A stretch of 63,869 nucleotides of DNA, the filler included, from Deltaproteobacteria bacterium (GTDB lineage Bacteria; JACQOV01), in assembly GCA_016202395.1 (NCBI GenBank). It is 8 parts of 8 records of this genome, joined end to end, with 100 filler letters (N's around TTAATTAATTAA, not from the genome) between each part and the next. Parts side by side here need not be neighbours in the genome. Positions count along the whole stretch, not along the records: positions 26,471 to 46,419 come from JACQOV010000027.1; positions 46,520 to 49,476 come from JACQOV010000030.1; 6 more parts are not named here. The stretch is one strand, 5' to 3'. A model generated the notes under the pieces. The model ran no database searches, had not been told where the DNA came from, and was given only the letters and a program-made list of their open reading frames with translations. The position numbers were made by a program, and so were the translations under genes. Below are positions 35,739 to 46,523 of this stretch, one piece after another. How positions within the stretch are numbered: position 1 is the stretch's first letter; each line of letters starts with the position of its first letter.

Positions 35739-36715
35739 TATTGGGAAACTCCTGTTCGGCACCATTCGACGATTTGCCGGCCCACATGGCTGTTATGGGT
35801 CAGGCCAATGTGAGAAACGCCCGCGAATATTCTCAGATTTTCTTTTGGGAATGCGATAGGATTGGACATTAAGAAACTTTTTCCTGTGGCGCTTGAAGGG
35901 TGAACCATGCCATCCCCCCATAATTGAGCCATCAGACTTTCTGGATTTTTGGAGAGTGTTGCGGCGATAATATAATAATGGACCCCATCCAGAAGGGGGA
36001 CGGACCGGCCCATTCCCAACAGTGGATCGGGATCTTTCCCTTTCCAATCTTCATCGACAAGATATCCGTGACGCAGATCTTTAATCCCGTCACTGCGAAT
36101 ATTGCCTAGTTTGGCAATAATTTTTGTGTAAAAGTTAGGGATGGTCTTTAAGACATTCGTCGCCAAGTTTCCCAATTTCTCGACATGGCTTCCCGAGTGC
36201 GGGGCCCCCAAAAGGAAAATTTTTGAAACCTTTTTTACCCATTTTTCATGTCCCTTTTTCCCATAATAGCCAGCGCTTCGGATGACAAGCCCTCCCATGC
36301 TGTGACCGATCAAGACCATCTCTTTAATTTTCTCGGAATGACTGCGAAAGAGTTTTCGCAGCAAGCGTGACAACTTTTGACCATTCGTCGAGATATGCAA
36401 TCCAGAATTGTAGCGCACGTAGAGTGGAGTATAGCCCAGTTTTTTCTGAAGGATGAGGCCATAGCCCTTATGGGATTGCCAGCTCTCCTCGTTGTCGCAA
36501 CTTCCGTGAACAAAAACGCAGATCTTTTCAGTTATTTTTGGGCCCATTCGAATCCAATCGATAGACTTTCCATTCGCATAGAAATCCATTTCAATGGAGA
36601 AGCGACTCTTTTGTTTTTCTAAAGAGTTTCCGACGACTCCATTCAATGCGGCAATGTAGCGATCTTTTGAGATCGACGCAACGGCTTTTCCAAAGGCCCT
36701 AAGGCTTTTCCTCAT
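35738..36715 (-). CDS. Alpha/beta hydrolase (lipase/PGAP1-like)
   Basis: GHSMGG, G.PH.GS, GDGMV; start codon uncertain. Confidence 0.85.
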   Translation of the reverse strand: MRKSLRAFGKAVASISKDRYIAALNGVVGNSLEKQKSRFSIEMDFYANGKSIDWIRMGPKITEKICVFVHGSCDNEESWQSHKGYGLILQKKLGYTPLYVRYNSGLHISTNGQKLSRLLRKLFRSHSEKIKEMVLIGHSMGGLVIRSAGYYGKKGHEKWVKKVSKIFLLGAPHSGSHVEKLGNLATNVLKTIPNFYTKIIAKLGNIRSDGIKDLRHGYLVDEDWKGKDPDPLLGMGRSVPLLDGVHYYIIAATLSKNPESLMAQLWGDGMVHPSSATGKSFLMSNPIAFPKENLRIFAGVSHIGLTHNSHVGRQIVEWCRTGVSQ

Positions 36716-36771
36716 TTCAGGCTCGACTGTAGCATTTTTTGGCTTAGAATAGTACAATAGCCTAATTCATT

Positions 36772-37392
36772 ATGGGTAGAGAAGAAATATGGAATAGTTT
36801 GACTCATCTCATCGGTTTTTTAGCCGCGGTGGCGGGTCTTGTGGTATTGGTGATTATAGCGGCTCGCCAAGGGGACCCGTGGAAGATTGTGAGTTTTTGT
36901 CTTTATGGGGCCTCTCTTGCGCTTCTCTACGCCTCTTCCACGCTCTATCATAGCTTGCAAGGCCCGATCCGGAAAATCTTTCGTCGGCTCGATCACTATG
37001 CCATTTATCTGCTCATCGCTGGAACTTACATGCCCTTCGTTTTGGTCACACTTCGGGGAGGTTGGGGATGGTCTTTGTTTGGAGTGATTTGGGGACTCGC
37101 GATTCTCGGTATTGGATTGGAGCTTTTGTTGAGAAAAGGGCCTCGCGTTTTCTCGGTGGTGGTCTACTTAGCGATGGGATGGCTCATGCTTGTTGCCATC
37201 TATCCCTTGTTTCAGGCCCTATCCTTAAAAGGGCTCATCGGATTATTTCTCGGAGGGTTGTTTTATACCGTGGGGGTTGTTTTCTTTTCCATGGAAGGCC
37301 GATTTCGCTACGCCCATAGCATCTGGCATCTTTTTGTTTTACTGGGAAGTGTCAGCCACTATCTGGTCATCCTTTTTTATGTCGCAAAATGA
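36772..37392 (+). CDS. Hemolysin III / PAQR family membrane protein
   Basis: EE..NSLTH, SSTLYH, DH.AIYLLIAGTY, H.IWHLFV. Confidence 0.93.
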   Translation: MGREEIWNSLTHLIGFLAAVAGLVVLVIIAARQGDPWKIVSFCLYGASLALLYASSTLYHSLQGPIRKIFRRLDHYAIYLLIAGTYMPFVLVTLRGGWGWSLFGVIWGLAILGIGLELLLRKGPRVFSVVVYLAMGWLMLVAIYPLFQALSLKGLIGLFLGGLFYTVGVVFFSMEGRFRYAHSIWHLFVLLGSVSHYLVILFYVAK

Positions 37393-37420
37393 GAGGACCC
37401 GGTGATAAGTAGGATTCGAT

Positions 37421-38005
37421 ATGGTGTATAGAATGTGGATCCTAACGTCCTTTTTTGTTTTTTCCACTTTAATTGGAGTGGAAATACTGCATGCAGAAGA
37501 CGTCCCTCATCTCTATGTGGATCTTAATGCGGGGTACTCTCTTTATGTTGCAAGCGATCTCAACGGTGGAGAAGGGAATGGTTTCGGGCTCAATCTTGGA
37601 TATCGTTTTGTCCCTCGTTTTGCGGCTCAGATTTCATATTTGGGGGCTATTGTCGATGGAGAAGGGGGATTGATTTCCAAAGTCGAAATGGACCAAGTCC
37701 ATTTTTTGACAGTGGGTGGGAGAGTGAGCTTTTGGCCGGGAACGAAAGATCGACATGAAGTGTTTAGTTTGTTGGGGATGGGGATGGGATGGGTGTATGG
37801 CAAAGAAGGGGGACAATCCTTCAGTAAAAGCGGATTTGCGGTACGTTGGGATATCGGTTATCTCTATCATTTATCTGATGATTTTGGAGTGGGAGTTTCC
37901 TACGATGCTCAGGTAGCCACTTCACTTCTGGACATCGATCAAGATGGGGAGAATGAGGTGGGGATTCTCCAATCTTTCTTATGGGTTGGAACCTACAAAT
38001 TTTAG
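37421..38005 (+). CDS. Outer-membrane beta-barrel protein
   Basis: Signal peptide, alternating beta strands, terminal YKF. Confidence 0.75.
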   Translation: MVYRMWILTSFFVFSTLIGVEILHAEDVPHLYVDLNAGYSLYVASDLNGGEGNGFGLNLGYRFVPRFAAQISYLGAIVDGEGGLISKVEMDQVHFLTVGGRVSFWPGTKDRHEVFSLLGMGMGWVYGKEGGQSFSKSGFAVRWDIGYLYHLSDDFGVGVSYDAQVATSLLDIDQDGENEVGILQSFLWVGTYKF

Positions 38006-38050
38006 ACTCTGATTGAATCAACTACGCTTTGTTGTGGAGTTTTATTAGTC

Positions 38051-39103
38051 ATGGCACAGAAATCCATAGCTTTTCTTATATTTGTTTTTTTCAGTTCCAT
38101 AGTCCCTGGAGCTTGTACAGAGGATCATTCAAAGGAGAGTAAAGCAATGACTCATGCTAAAGATCTAAAAAAAACCACGTTGGCTGGCGGGTGTTTTTGG
38201 TGCATGGAGGGGCCTTTCGAGGCGCATGTGGGAGTCTCCGAGGTTTTATCGGGTTACACGGGAGGAGACCAAGAGAACCCCACTTATGAGGAGGTTTCTG
38301 CAGGGGGGACAGGCCATGTGGAGGCCATTCAGATCACCTATGATCCCCAAAAGGTTTCCTATCAAGAGTTGTTAGAGATCTTTTGGAGACAGATTGATCC
38401 AACGGACGACGGAGGACAGTTTGTCGACCGGGGAGGGCAATATAAATCGGCCATTTTTTATCACGATGAAGAGCAAAAGCGATTAGCGGAGGCTTCTAGA
38501 AAAGAGTTAGAAGCCTCCAAACGCTTTGACAAACCGATTGTTACAGAGATTCGGCCTGCCACCGCTTTTTACAAGGCTGAAGATTACCATCAGGATTATC
38601 ATACAAAGAATCCTTTGCGTTACAAATTTTATCGCTTCAACTCCGGTCGAGATCAGTTTTTGAAAAAGGTGTGGAAAAGTGAAGAAGAGCTTAAAAAACG
38701 CCTTACCCCTCTGCAATACAAAGTGACTCAGGAAGAGGGGACGGAGGCGCCTTTTCAAAATGAGTATTGGGATAACAAACGGGAAGGGATCTATGTCGAT
38801 ATTGTTTCGGGAGAGCCTCTGTTTAGCTCCAAGGATAAATTCGACTCCGGGACCGGTTGGCCCAGTTTTACAAAACCACTAGAACCTGAAAATATTGTAG
38901 AACGGGAGGATCGCAAGCTTTTCTCTGCCCGTACCGAGGTTCGAAGCCAACATGCCGATAGTCATTTGGGGCATGTCTTTCCGGATGGACCTGCCCCCAC
39001 AGGACTTCGTTATTGCATGAACTCTGCGGCGTTACGGTTTATTCCCAAAGAGGATCTTGAAAAAGAGGGCTACGGAGAATATCTCAAACTGTTCGATGAA
39101 TAG
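38051..39103 (+). CDS. msrAB: Exported bifunctional methionine sulfoxide reductase
   Basis: GGCFWC (MsrA), HLGHVF and RYCMNS (MsrB); N-terminal signal. Confidence 0.95.
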   Translation: MAQKSIAFLIFVFFSSIVPGACTEDHSKESKAMTHAKDLKKTTLAGGCFWCMEGPFEAHVGVSEVLSGYTGGDQENPTYEEVSAGGTGHVEAIQITYDPQKVSYQELLEIFWRQIDPTDDGGQFVDRGGQYKSAIFYHDEEQKRLAEASRKELEASKRFDKPIVTEIRPATAFYKAEDYHQDYHTKNPLRYKFYRFNSGRDQFLKKVWKSEEELKKRLTPLQYKVTQEEGTEAPFQNEYWDNKREGIYVDIVSGEPLFSSKDKFDSGTGWPSFTKPLEPENIVEREDRKLFSARTEVRSQHADSHLGHVFPDGPAPTGLRYCMNSAALRFIPKEDLEKEGYGEYLKLFDE

Positions 39104-39857
39104 AATCCATTTTCCCCAAAAGTCTTAGGAAGCCGTCGAGTAGAGTTAAGGGATGGGGAGGGCAGCCGGGGATGTAGAGATCGACGGGAACTACAGAACT
39201 AGCGCCGTTAAGAACCTCAGGGCTTCCTTCGAAAGGGCCTCCTTGAATGGCGCAAGCCCCCACCGCAATGACAATCTTAGGATCGGGGACCGCTTCGTAG
39301 GTTTTTTGAAGGGCGAGCTTCATGTTTTGAGTGACAGGGCCTGTAATCACAAGTCCATCGGCATGTCGAGGGGAAGCGACAAACTGGATTCCAAAACGGG
39401 AGAGATCAAACACCACGTTATTTAAAGCCTGCAGTTCCAGATCGCAGCCGTTACAGCTCCCCGCACAGACCTCGCGGAGTTTGAGAGAGCGACCGAAGAG
39501 TTGTTGCATCTTCTGGTTCAAGGCCTCTGCCAGTTGGAGTTCCTCTCCTTTTAAGTAAAGGTTTTCCCGTCGGCGGACGGCCATCCGATAGTCTTGCGTG
39601 TATTCAATCGCTCCTTCCGGGCACGCCAAAACACATTCCTGGCAAAAGAGACATTTTCCAAGATCGAGTTGAAGAGGTTTTTCAGAGATTGCTCCTGTGG
39701 GGCAAACCGCACGGCAGCTATGGCAACCCTCAACACATTTTTCGGGGTGGAGAGCCGGCTTTCCACGGAATCGTTCTGGCATCGTAATGGAGTCCGGAAA
39801 AGAGATTGTTCGATATCCTTGTTGCCAGCGATTTTTTAAGATCGATCCCATAGTCAT
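39084..39857 (-). CDS. Ehr small subunit: 2x[4Fe-4S] ferredoxin fused to a NuoB/HycG-like domain
   Basis: Ferredoxin CxxC motifs, GSCNGC, SPRHAD, PGCPP. Confidence 0.88.
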   Translation of the reverse strand: MTMGSILKNRWQQGYRTISFPDSITMPERFRGKPALHPEKCVEGCHSCRAVCPTGAISEKPLQLDLGKCLFCQECVLACPEGAIEYTQDYRMAVRRRENLYLKGEELQLAEALNQKMQQLFGRSLKLREVCAGSCNGCDLELQALNNVVFDLSRFGIQFVASPRHADGLVITGPVTQNMKLALQKTYEAVPDPKIVIAVGACAIQGGPFEGSPEVLNGASSVVPVDLYIPGCPPHPLTLLDGFLRLLGKMDSIHRTV

Positions 39858-39863
39858 TCCTTC

Positions 39864-41333
39864 TTAAAGGTCGTGCCCTGCATACGATAGGTTAAAGCTC
39901 TTATTGCACAAAGGGAAATCGGAGATCTGTCCCTCCCGCATCGCCATGGCAAGGGCCATCCAGTTATGAAAAGAGGGATCAACGATCTTGTAATTCGTGA
40001 TTTCCCCCTGTTCATTCGTGAAAACGATGTGGGCAATCTCGCCCCGCCATCCTTCGATGAGGCTTACTGAAAACGAGGAAGGATTTAAAGCATGGCAAGG
40101 AGTAAAAATCTTGCCCAGAGGCAACGATTTCAATTGTTCTGAGATAAATTCTAAAGATTTCTTGCTTTCGAGGGAGCGGATTCTTGCTCTAGCATAGACA
40201 TCTCCCGAAGAGAGTCGCATTGGGGGGATGTATTCGAAACGATACGCCCCCGTGGGGTAGTCGTGGCGGATGTCTCGCAGAAGATTACTCGCTCTGGCCG
40301 CGGGGCCGACTAGCCCCAAGTCCTTGGCTATTCCTGTAGAAACGCTTCCTGTGTGTTCCAGTCGTGAGAGGACCGAGGGGGTCGAAAAGAAAAGCTCTGC
40401 CACCTCTTTCATTTCCGTTGCCGCTTGCGCGATTCTTTTTTGAAAATTTGCAAGGGACTCCTTTGCGATATCGAAGAGAACCCCTCCCGGCCTCACCAAG
40501 GACCGTCCGAACCGATTTCCTGAGATCTCCATGAGGAGGTTTAGAAATTCTCCACGTAGCCTGCCAAAGTAGGCGTTGGCGGGGAGAAAGCCGATGTCCC
40601 CTGCCAGAGCTGAGAGATCACCGGCGTGATTAGCGAGTCGCTCCAGTTCCAAGGCGATGGCCCGAAGCCTTTTGGCCCTTTGGGAGACCGATTTTCCACA
40701 GAGCCCTTCAATGGCATGGCAGTAAGCCAACCCGTGACCGAGGACGGTATCTCCCGCAATCGATTCCGCAAGGGTTGCGCATAGGGAAGGTTTTGCGGCC
40801 GCCATGAGCTTTTCAACGCCACGATGTTGGTAGCCCAATTGGATCTCGAGGTTGAATACCTTCTCTCCATGGCACTGAAATCGGAAATGTCCTGGCTCGA
40901 TGATGCCGGCATGGACCGGTCCCACCGCCACCTCGTGCACCTCTTCTCCTTCAAATCGATAGAAAGGATAGCCCTCTAGTTTGCGGACCGGTTTGAGCCA
41001 GGGATGTCCTTCACAGAGAATTCCATGATTTTCTGCAAGTTCCCTTTCAAAGAGGTGAACCTCAGGGATTTCTGGGGTGAGTGAGGAATAACGTAAACCG
41101 TTCGTTGGAAGATCGGTTGCAGCTACACGTATCTCCCCTTTCACATCGATTCCCAAAACAGCGAAAAGGCGCAGCTCGGGGTCCTTTTTGGGGATAGCGA
41201 ATAAGGCAAGGACCCTTCCACCCGTTTTGCAGGTCTCTAGAACCCACGATCGCCAAATCTCCATGGAAAGAATTGGAATCATTTCTGTTGGGGTCGATGC
41301 CGCGTTTTTGATGACTACGAATAGAGCGCTCAT
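39864..41333 (-). CDS. Ehr large subunit (HycE/NuoCD-like, lacking Ni-binding cysteines)
   Basis: GPVHAGIIEPGHFRF; ESIAGDT and DFPLCNKSFNLSY in place of the CxxC motifs. Confidence 0.88.
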   Translation of the reverse strand: MSALFVVIKNAASTPTEMIPILSMEIWRSWVLETCKTGGRVLALFAIPKKDPELRLFAVLGIDVKGEIRVAATDLPTNGLRYSSLTPEIPEVHLFERELAENHGILCEGHPWLKPVRKLEGYPFYRFEGEEVHEVAVGPVHAGIIEPGHFRFQCHGEKVFNLEIQLGYQHRGVEKLMAAAKPSLCATLAESIAGDTVLGHGLAYCHAIEGLCGKSVSQRAKRLRAIALELERLANHAGDLSALAGDIGFLPANAYFGRLRGEFLNLLMEISGNRFGRSLVRPGGVLFDIAKESLANFQKRIAQAATEMKEVAELFFSTPSVLSRLEHTGSVSTGIAKDLGLVGPAARASNLLRDIRHDYPTGAYRFEYIPPMRLSSGDVYARARIRSLESKKSLEFISEQLKSLPLGKIFTPCHALNPSSFSVSLIEGWRGEIAHIVFTNEQGEITNYKIVDPSFHNWMALAMAMREGQISDFPLCNKSFNLSYAGHDL

Positions 41334-42775
41334 GAAGGCCCTCCAAGGGATGTGGAGGCTGATTTCAAGAGCTCAACCATCGAAGAGGGAAGATAGAGGC
41401 CGAAGAGTAAAACAAAGAGGGCTAGGAAAATCGTTGGAAGGATCATTAGCCAGGAAGGACGCTCTCCCTGAGTGACCCCCTCTTTTCTTTCCCCTTGGGT
41501 CATGTCGAGGATAATGCGTGACATCGAGACGAAGAGAATCCCTAAGAGAAGGAGATAGAGAGAGCTCGCGATCCAATGTCCTTGCGTGAAGCCTTCTTTC
41601 AAGATCAGGAATTCACTTACAAAGAGGCCAAAAGGGGGAGATCCCATCATCGCGAGCCCTCCAATAACGAAAAGGGTTCCGGTGATCGGGATTGTTTTTA
41701 GCAAGCCATGGACATCGGAGGCCATTTTCGTTCGATAGACGATGAGTACTTGTCCTGCCGTGAGAAACAGAAGCCCTTTCGTGAGCGAATGATTGACGGC
41801 ATGCAAGAGAGATCCGAATCCCGCTCCAAATCCAACCCCAAGGGCAAGGATGCCCATATGCTCTACACTGGAATAGGCCAGCAGTCGTTTGTAGTCCCGT
41901 TGTCGCGTGATGAAGATGGCCGCGATGAGTAATGAGAAGAGCCCCAAAAGGATGAGGAGTTTATTTGCGAACAGAGCCAGCCCTGCAGCCGAAAGGAGGG
42001 TGTAGAATCGGAGAATCCCTAAGAAAGCGCAATTCAAGAGCGCTCCAGAGAGAAGCGCAGAGACTGGGGAAGGGGCCTCGCTGTGAGCGTCCGGAAGCCA
42101 GTTATGGAGAGGAGCGAGCCCCATCTTCGTTCCAAAGCCAACAAGAACAAGAATAAAACCGATCCGAAGCCCATGAGGATCTAGAAATGCCGCAGAACGA
42201 ATGAGTGTCGGAAAAGAGAGATCCGACACATCCCCTTTTGCAGAAGCAATGATAAAGAATATGCCAAGAAGAGCGATGGCGATCCCGACGGAGCCAATCA
42301 GAAGATATTTCCAAGCGGCCTCCAAAGCTTGGTGATGGTGATGATAATAGATGAGGGGTGCGGAGGCCACCGTTGTGGCTTCGATGGCGATCCAGAGAAT
42401 AGTGGGCTGCGAGCTGATTGTGGTGAGTGTCATCGAAGCGAGGAAGAAGAGCATACAAGGGGTAAAGAGATGGCTCACCCCCTCCTCGGTATATTTCTCA
42501 CGTTCGTGATGAAAATAACCCACGCTATAGATGGAGACAAGGAGAAAGAGCAAGCTCGTGATCGACAAAAAGAGCAGCCCCAAGGAGTCTAATTGAAAAG
42601 TCTTTCCCAGAGTCTCTTGAGGAGCAAAAAAATACAGCGAGATCGTTCCTCCGGTGTGAAGGAAGGCGCCGATAAGCAAAACAAGTCGGCGCCATTTTCT
42701 CCTTTTCTCTCCTCGAATAAAAAGGGTGAGTATTCCTAAAATCGTGGGCGCTATGACAAGGAGAATGGGGTTCAT
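41330..42775 (-). CDS. hyfF: HyfF-like antiporter subunit
   Basis: EATT, EAAWKY, WLPDAHSEAP, RLLAYSSVEH. Confidence 0.85.
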   Translation of the reverse strand: MNPILLVIAPTILGILTLFIRGEKRRKWRRLVLLIGAFLHTGGTISLYFFAPQETLGKTFQLDSLGLLFLSITSLLFLLVSIYSVGYFHHEREKYTEEGVSHLFTPCMLFFLASMTLTTISSQPTILWIAIEATTVASAPLIYYHHHHQALEAAWKYLLIGSVGIAIALLGIFFIIASAKGDVSDLSFPTLIRSAAFLDPHGLRIGFILVLVGFGTKMGLAPLHNWLPDAHSEAPSPVSALLSGALLNCAFLGILRFYTLLSAAGLALFANKLLILLGLFSLLIAAIFITRQRDYKRLLAYSSVEHMGILALGVGFGAGFGSLLHAVNHSLTKGLLFLTAGQVLIVYRTKMASDVHGLLKTIPITGTLFVIGGLAMMGSPPFGLFVSEFLILKEGFTQGHWIASSLYLLLLGILFVSMSRIILDMTQGERKEGVTQGERPSWLMILPTIFLALFVLLFGLYLPSSMVELLKSASTSLGGPS

Positions 42776-43404
42776 TCGGTGTCCTTCAGTGAAGCGAGTT
42801 TCGTGGTGTCGATGTGATCAAAGGTTCTGTGGATGTGATAGATCATAATTCCCATCACAAATATTCCAACCAACAGATCGAGCAAGATCCCGATCTCGAC
42901 TGTTGTGGGAAAATCGGCGGCCAGTGTCATTCCAAAAATAAAAACGCCATTTTCTAAAACGAGGAATCCGATGACTTGATGAACCGCTTTCTTTCGAGAG
43001 ACCAGGAGGAGGAATCCGAGAAGAACCATGGCCAAAGCGGTTGGGACGACCAAAGGGGTTGAAAAGTCAGGGGAGGGATAGAACTTCCATGAAAAGGCAA
43101 TGACCGTGACGATTCCACCCGTCAAAAGAGAAAGATGACGGCTCGCGGTGGATTCCGTCTCTTCGGAGAGGGTCGTTTCTCGAATGGAACGGAAGAGCAA
43201 AAAGGGGATCAGAATCGCTTTGACAAAGAGTGTTCCCAAAAACATCCCAAGGCTGTGAAAATCTGTGAGAGATCCCCGAATCAGAATGGGAAGAAATGAG
43301 AGTAAGGTTCCTTGGACTGCGGCAGCCCGAATGCAGGCTGAAATTCGGAAAGAGCCGAGGATAAAGAGTGTTGTTAAGATGACGCCACTTAAAATCCAAT
43401 CCAT
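42772..43404 (-). CDS. hyfE: HyfE-like membrane subunit
   Basis: GFL.LENG, E.GILLD; operon position. Confidence 0.82.
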   Translation of the reverse strand: MDWILSGVILTTLFILGSFRISACIRAAAVQGTLLSFLPILIRGSLTDFHSLGMFLGTLFVKAILIPFLLFRSIRETTLSEETESTASRHLSLLTGGIVTVIAFSWKFYPSPDFSTPLVVPTALAMVLLGFLLLVSRKKAVHQVIGFLVLENGVFIFGMTLAADFPTTVEIGILLDLLVGIFVMGIMIYHIHRTFDHIDTTKLASLKDTE

Positions 43405-43407
43405 ACA

Positions 43408-44331
43408 TTACCCCTGTTTGTGAAATAAAACGATGAGTAAAGCAAAGGCCACCAGAACGAAATTCGCGATCAGGATTTGTGGAATTTTGATCAGCCGAAA
43501 ACGGGCCAAGGTCGATTCCACAACGCCAATGGCAATGGCCATCCCTATCCCCTTTAAAAATAGGAAGCCCATGGCTCCGCCGAGTGAAGATCCCATAGAA
43601 GGCCATAGAAGGGAAGTGGCCCATACCGCAAAGATCCAAAGTTTCATCGAGGCTCCGTACAGGATCAATGCTAAATCCGGTCCACTGTAATCGAGGATCA
43701 TCACTTCGTGGATCATTGTTAGTTCGAGATGTGTTGTGGGATCATCGATCGGCATCCGCGAGTTTTCCGTGAGGAGAATCAGAAAGAAGGCCGCAAAAAG
43801 GAACAAAAGGGCCGGCTGCAGGAGAGAGTGGTTTCGGTTCCATCCTAAGATCTCCGTGAGGGAGGTTGAATGAGTGACCATTGCAAGAACGATGAGCCCC
43901 AGAAAGAATGCGAGTTCCGAGAGGGCTCCGAAAGTCGCCTCACGGCTGGCCCCCATCCCCTCAAAACTAGAGCCGACATCCATCGCGGCTAGAAGGGTTA
44001 GAAAACGGGCTAAGGCCAGAAGATAGGCAAAGAGGAGGATATCCCCTTCAAAGTGGAAAAGGGCTTGTCCCTGGAAGGGGAGGAAGAGCCCTGAGAAAAA
44101 GAGCGCTGAGAGAATGATAGAAGGGGCCCATCGCAGAACGAGCGAGGAAGATCGGCTGTAGACGGCCGATTTTCTAAGGAGCCTCCAGAGATCATAGTAC
44201 ATCTGAAAGAGCGAGGGACCTTTTCGGCCCGCAAAAAAGGCCTTTGTCTTGGCAATGACTCCCATGAAAAAAGGGGGAAAAACCAAGAGCATCAAGATAT
44301 GAGAAATCAAAAACAAAATATTAGATTCCAA
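43408..44331 (-). CDS. hyfC: HyfC/HycD (NuoH-like) membrane subunit
   Basis: R.GP...Q.Y.D, GASRE, ELTMIHE. Confidence 0.85.
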   Translation of the reverse strand: MESNILFLISHILMLLVFPPFFMGVIAKTKAFFAGRKGPSLFQMYYDLWRLLRKSAVYSRSSSLVLRWAPSIILSALFFSGLFLPFQGQALFHFEGDILLFAYLLALARFLTLLAAMDVGSSFEGMGASREATFGALSELAFFLGLIVLAMVTHSTSLTEILGWNRNHSLLQPALLFLFAAFFLILLTENSRMPIDDPTTHLELTMIHEVMILDYSGPDLALILYGASMKLWIFAVWATSLLWPSMGSSLGGAMGFLFLKGIGMAIAIGVVESTLARFRLIKIPQILIANFVLVAFALLIVLFHKQG

Positions 44332-46285
44332 ACCAAACCTCCCAAAATAGGAGAGCGAGCAATGTTACGAAAATTAAAGCAAGATAGCTCTGGATTCTCC
44401 CTTTCTGCAACCTGCGTGCACGAAGAAATATTTTATCGATAGCGTTAAAAAGGGGAGCAAACCAACGGTGTTCCGCCAAATCCTCCACCCATTCTGAAAA
44501 ATGCCCACGCTCGGGGAAGAGGGAAGAGGATTTTTTGAGGTTCGAGATCGGTTTTAAAAGGCCTCGAAAGACCTCTTCGAGAGGCTCGGCAAAAGAGGAG
44601 GCGGTGTATTGCATCCTGGGCGAGGGTTTTGCATATCCGCAATCCCATGTGACCGCCTCTTTTTGTCCTTTTTCTCGGATATGCGATCGATGAAGTAAAG
44701 TTAAGACAACACAGAATCCAAGAAAGAAAAGAGATAGAATTCCTAGGGAGGTGAGAGGGAGAGAAATAAGAACCCGATCGGCATCCCATTCTCCTAAAAC
44801 CTGCGCGAGGGGGCCTCTTGCGACAATCTGCGGAAAAAGCCCGATAAAAAAGCAGAGAGCCGCTAGAATCGCCATGGGGATCAAAAGGCTGATTGGAGCT
44901 TCATGACTTTGAGCCGCCTGTTCGCTCCGGGGCTCCCCCAAAAAGACTACGCCACACACTTTTGAAAAACAGGCGATGGCAAGCCCCCCCGCAAAGGCGA
45001 TCCCGACAATCCCCGCCACTGAAAAGAAGAGAGGCAAGCCGTAGAATTCTTGAATGCCCTGGAAAAGGCCGAGGTAAATCAGCCATTCGCTAATAAAACC
45101 GTTGAGAAGGGGAAGACCGCAGATGGCCGCGGATGCAATCAAAAAGGTTGTTCCGGTGAGGGGCATTTTCTTGAAAAGTCCGCCTAAATGATCGATCACC
45201 CGTGTTTGGGCTGAGTGAATCATATGGCCAGCCCCAAGAAAAAGGAGCCCTTTGAAAATCGCGTGGTTCCAAACATGGAGAAGGGCCCCTCCGAATCCCA
45301 AAATTAGAATCGATGGATTATTCCGGGTTGTTCCAACGAGTCCTAATCCCACACCGATGGCAATAATCCCGATGTTCTCAACACTGTGATAGGCAAGAAG
45401 TCGTTTGAGGTCATGCTGTAGGAGCGCGTATAAAACTCCCAGCACCGATGAGAGGATTCCCAAACCCATTAAAAGTTCTCCCCACCAGAGAGGCGGCGGG
45501 CCTAAAAAAGTGAGCGCGCGCAAGATGCCATAGATCCCAGTTTTAATCATGACTCCGGATAAGAGCGCTGAGATGAAACTGGGAGCTGCAGGATGGGCAT
45601 GAGGAAGCCATACATGAAAAGGGAAGATCCCCGCTTTGGTTCCAAAGCCGATCAGAGCAAAAAGAAAGAGAGTTCCTGCAAGAACAGGGGAAATCGATCC
45701 GAGGTCTACAAAATCGTGGAACGAAAAAGAGCCAGATTCTTTGAAAAGTAACACGAAAAAGGCCATGAGAAACGCCGTGGCAAGATGGGTCGCAATGAGG
45801 TAGACCCAGCCTGCGTGACGCACCTCCCGGATTTCATGTTCCGCCGTTACCAGGAAAAATGAGCTCAGTGACATAATCTCCCAGCACACCAGAAAAAGAA
45901 ATCCATCACGGGCTACCGTAACAGCCGCCATTGATGCTACGAGAAGAGGGAAGAAGGGGAGGCTTGGAAGGAATCGATCTTGGTCTTTGAGATAACCCCA
46001 ACTATAAATGGCAATGATTCCTGAAAGCCCAAAAATGGCCATCAAAAAGAAAGCGCTGAGAGGATCGATCCCTAGAGCGATCGTGAGATAAGGCAACGGA
46101 GATCCCAGGCTCTTTTCTAGCAAGCGAGTTGTTGAAAGGACCTGGATTGCCGGAATCAACCCCAAGACCGATCCCACAAACACGCCACCGCACCCAAGCG
46201 CTTTCCTATAGGTTCGATTTTTTGAAAGTGTCATCAAGCCCGCTGAGGTCAGAAAGATGGCAAAAGATGAGAGCAGATAGATCAT
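44321..46285 (-). CDS. hyfB: HyfB/HycC-like antiporter subunit
   Basis: WLPHAHPAAPS, KRLLAYHSVEN, W.CG.....RMQY. Confidence 0.87.
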   Translation of the reverse strand: MIYLLSSFAIFLTSAGLMTLSKNRTYRKALGCGGVFVGSVLGLIPAIQVLSTTRLLEKSLGSPLPYLTIALGIDPLSAFFLMAIFGLSGIIAIYSWGYLKDQDRFLPSLPFFPLLVASMAAVTVARDGFLFLVCWEIMSLSSFFLVTAEHEIREVRHAGWVYLIATHLATAFLMAFFVLLFKESGSFSFHDFVDLGSISPVLAGTLFLFALIGFGTKAGIFPFHVWLPHAHPAAPSFISALLSGVMIKTGIYGILRALTFLGPPPLWWGELLMGLGILSSVLGVLYALLQHDLKRLLAYHSVENIGIIAIGVGLGLVGTTRNNPSILILGFGGALLHVWNHAIFKGLLFLGAGHMIHSAQTRVIDHLGGLFKKMPLTGTTFLIASAAICGLPLLNGFISEWLIYLGLFQGIQEFYGLPLFFSVAGIVGIAFAGGLAIACFSKVCGVVFLGEPRSEQAAQSHEAPISLLIPMAILAALCFFIGLFPQIVARGPLAQVLGEWDADRVLISLPLTSLGILSLFFLGFCVVLTLLHRSHIREKGQKEAVTWDCGYAKPSPRMQYTASSFAEPLEEVFRGLLKPISNLKKSSSLFPERGHFSEWVEDLAEHRWFAPLFNAIDKIFLRARRLQKGRIQSYLALIFVTLLALLFWEVWFGI

Positions 46286-46523
46286 GGTTTTTCTCTTACT
46301 ACTTGGAGCGGAAAATATATGACACTTTGGCTGAGCCGATTTTGAGGCGAGACAAGGAGCGAGGACGAAGGCGTAGCCGAAGTGCTACGTCGAGGACGAG
46401 CGACGCTGTCGCAGCCCAANNNNNNNNNNNNNNNNNNNNNNNNNNNNNNNNNNNNNNNNNNNNTTAATTAATTAANNNNNNNNNNNNNNNNNNNNNNNNN
46501 NNNNNNNNNNNNNNNNNNNCGCC

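Noticed and set aside
39864-41333. NiFe hydrogenase large subunit
   Set aside because: Ni-ligating CxxC motifs are absent.
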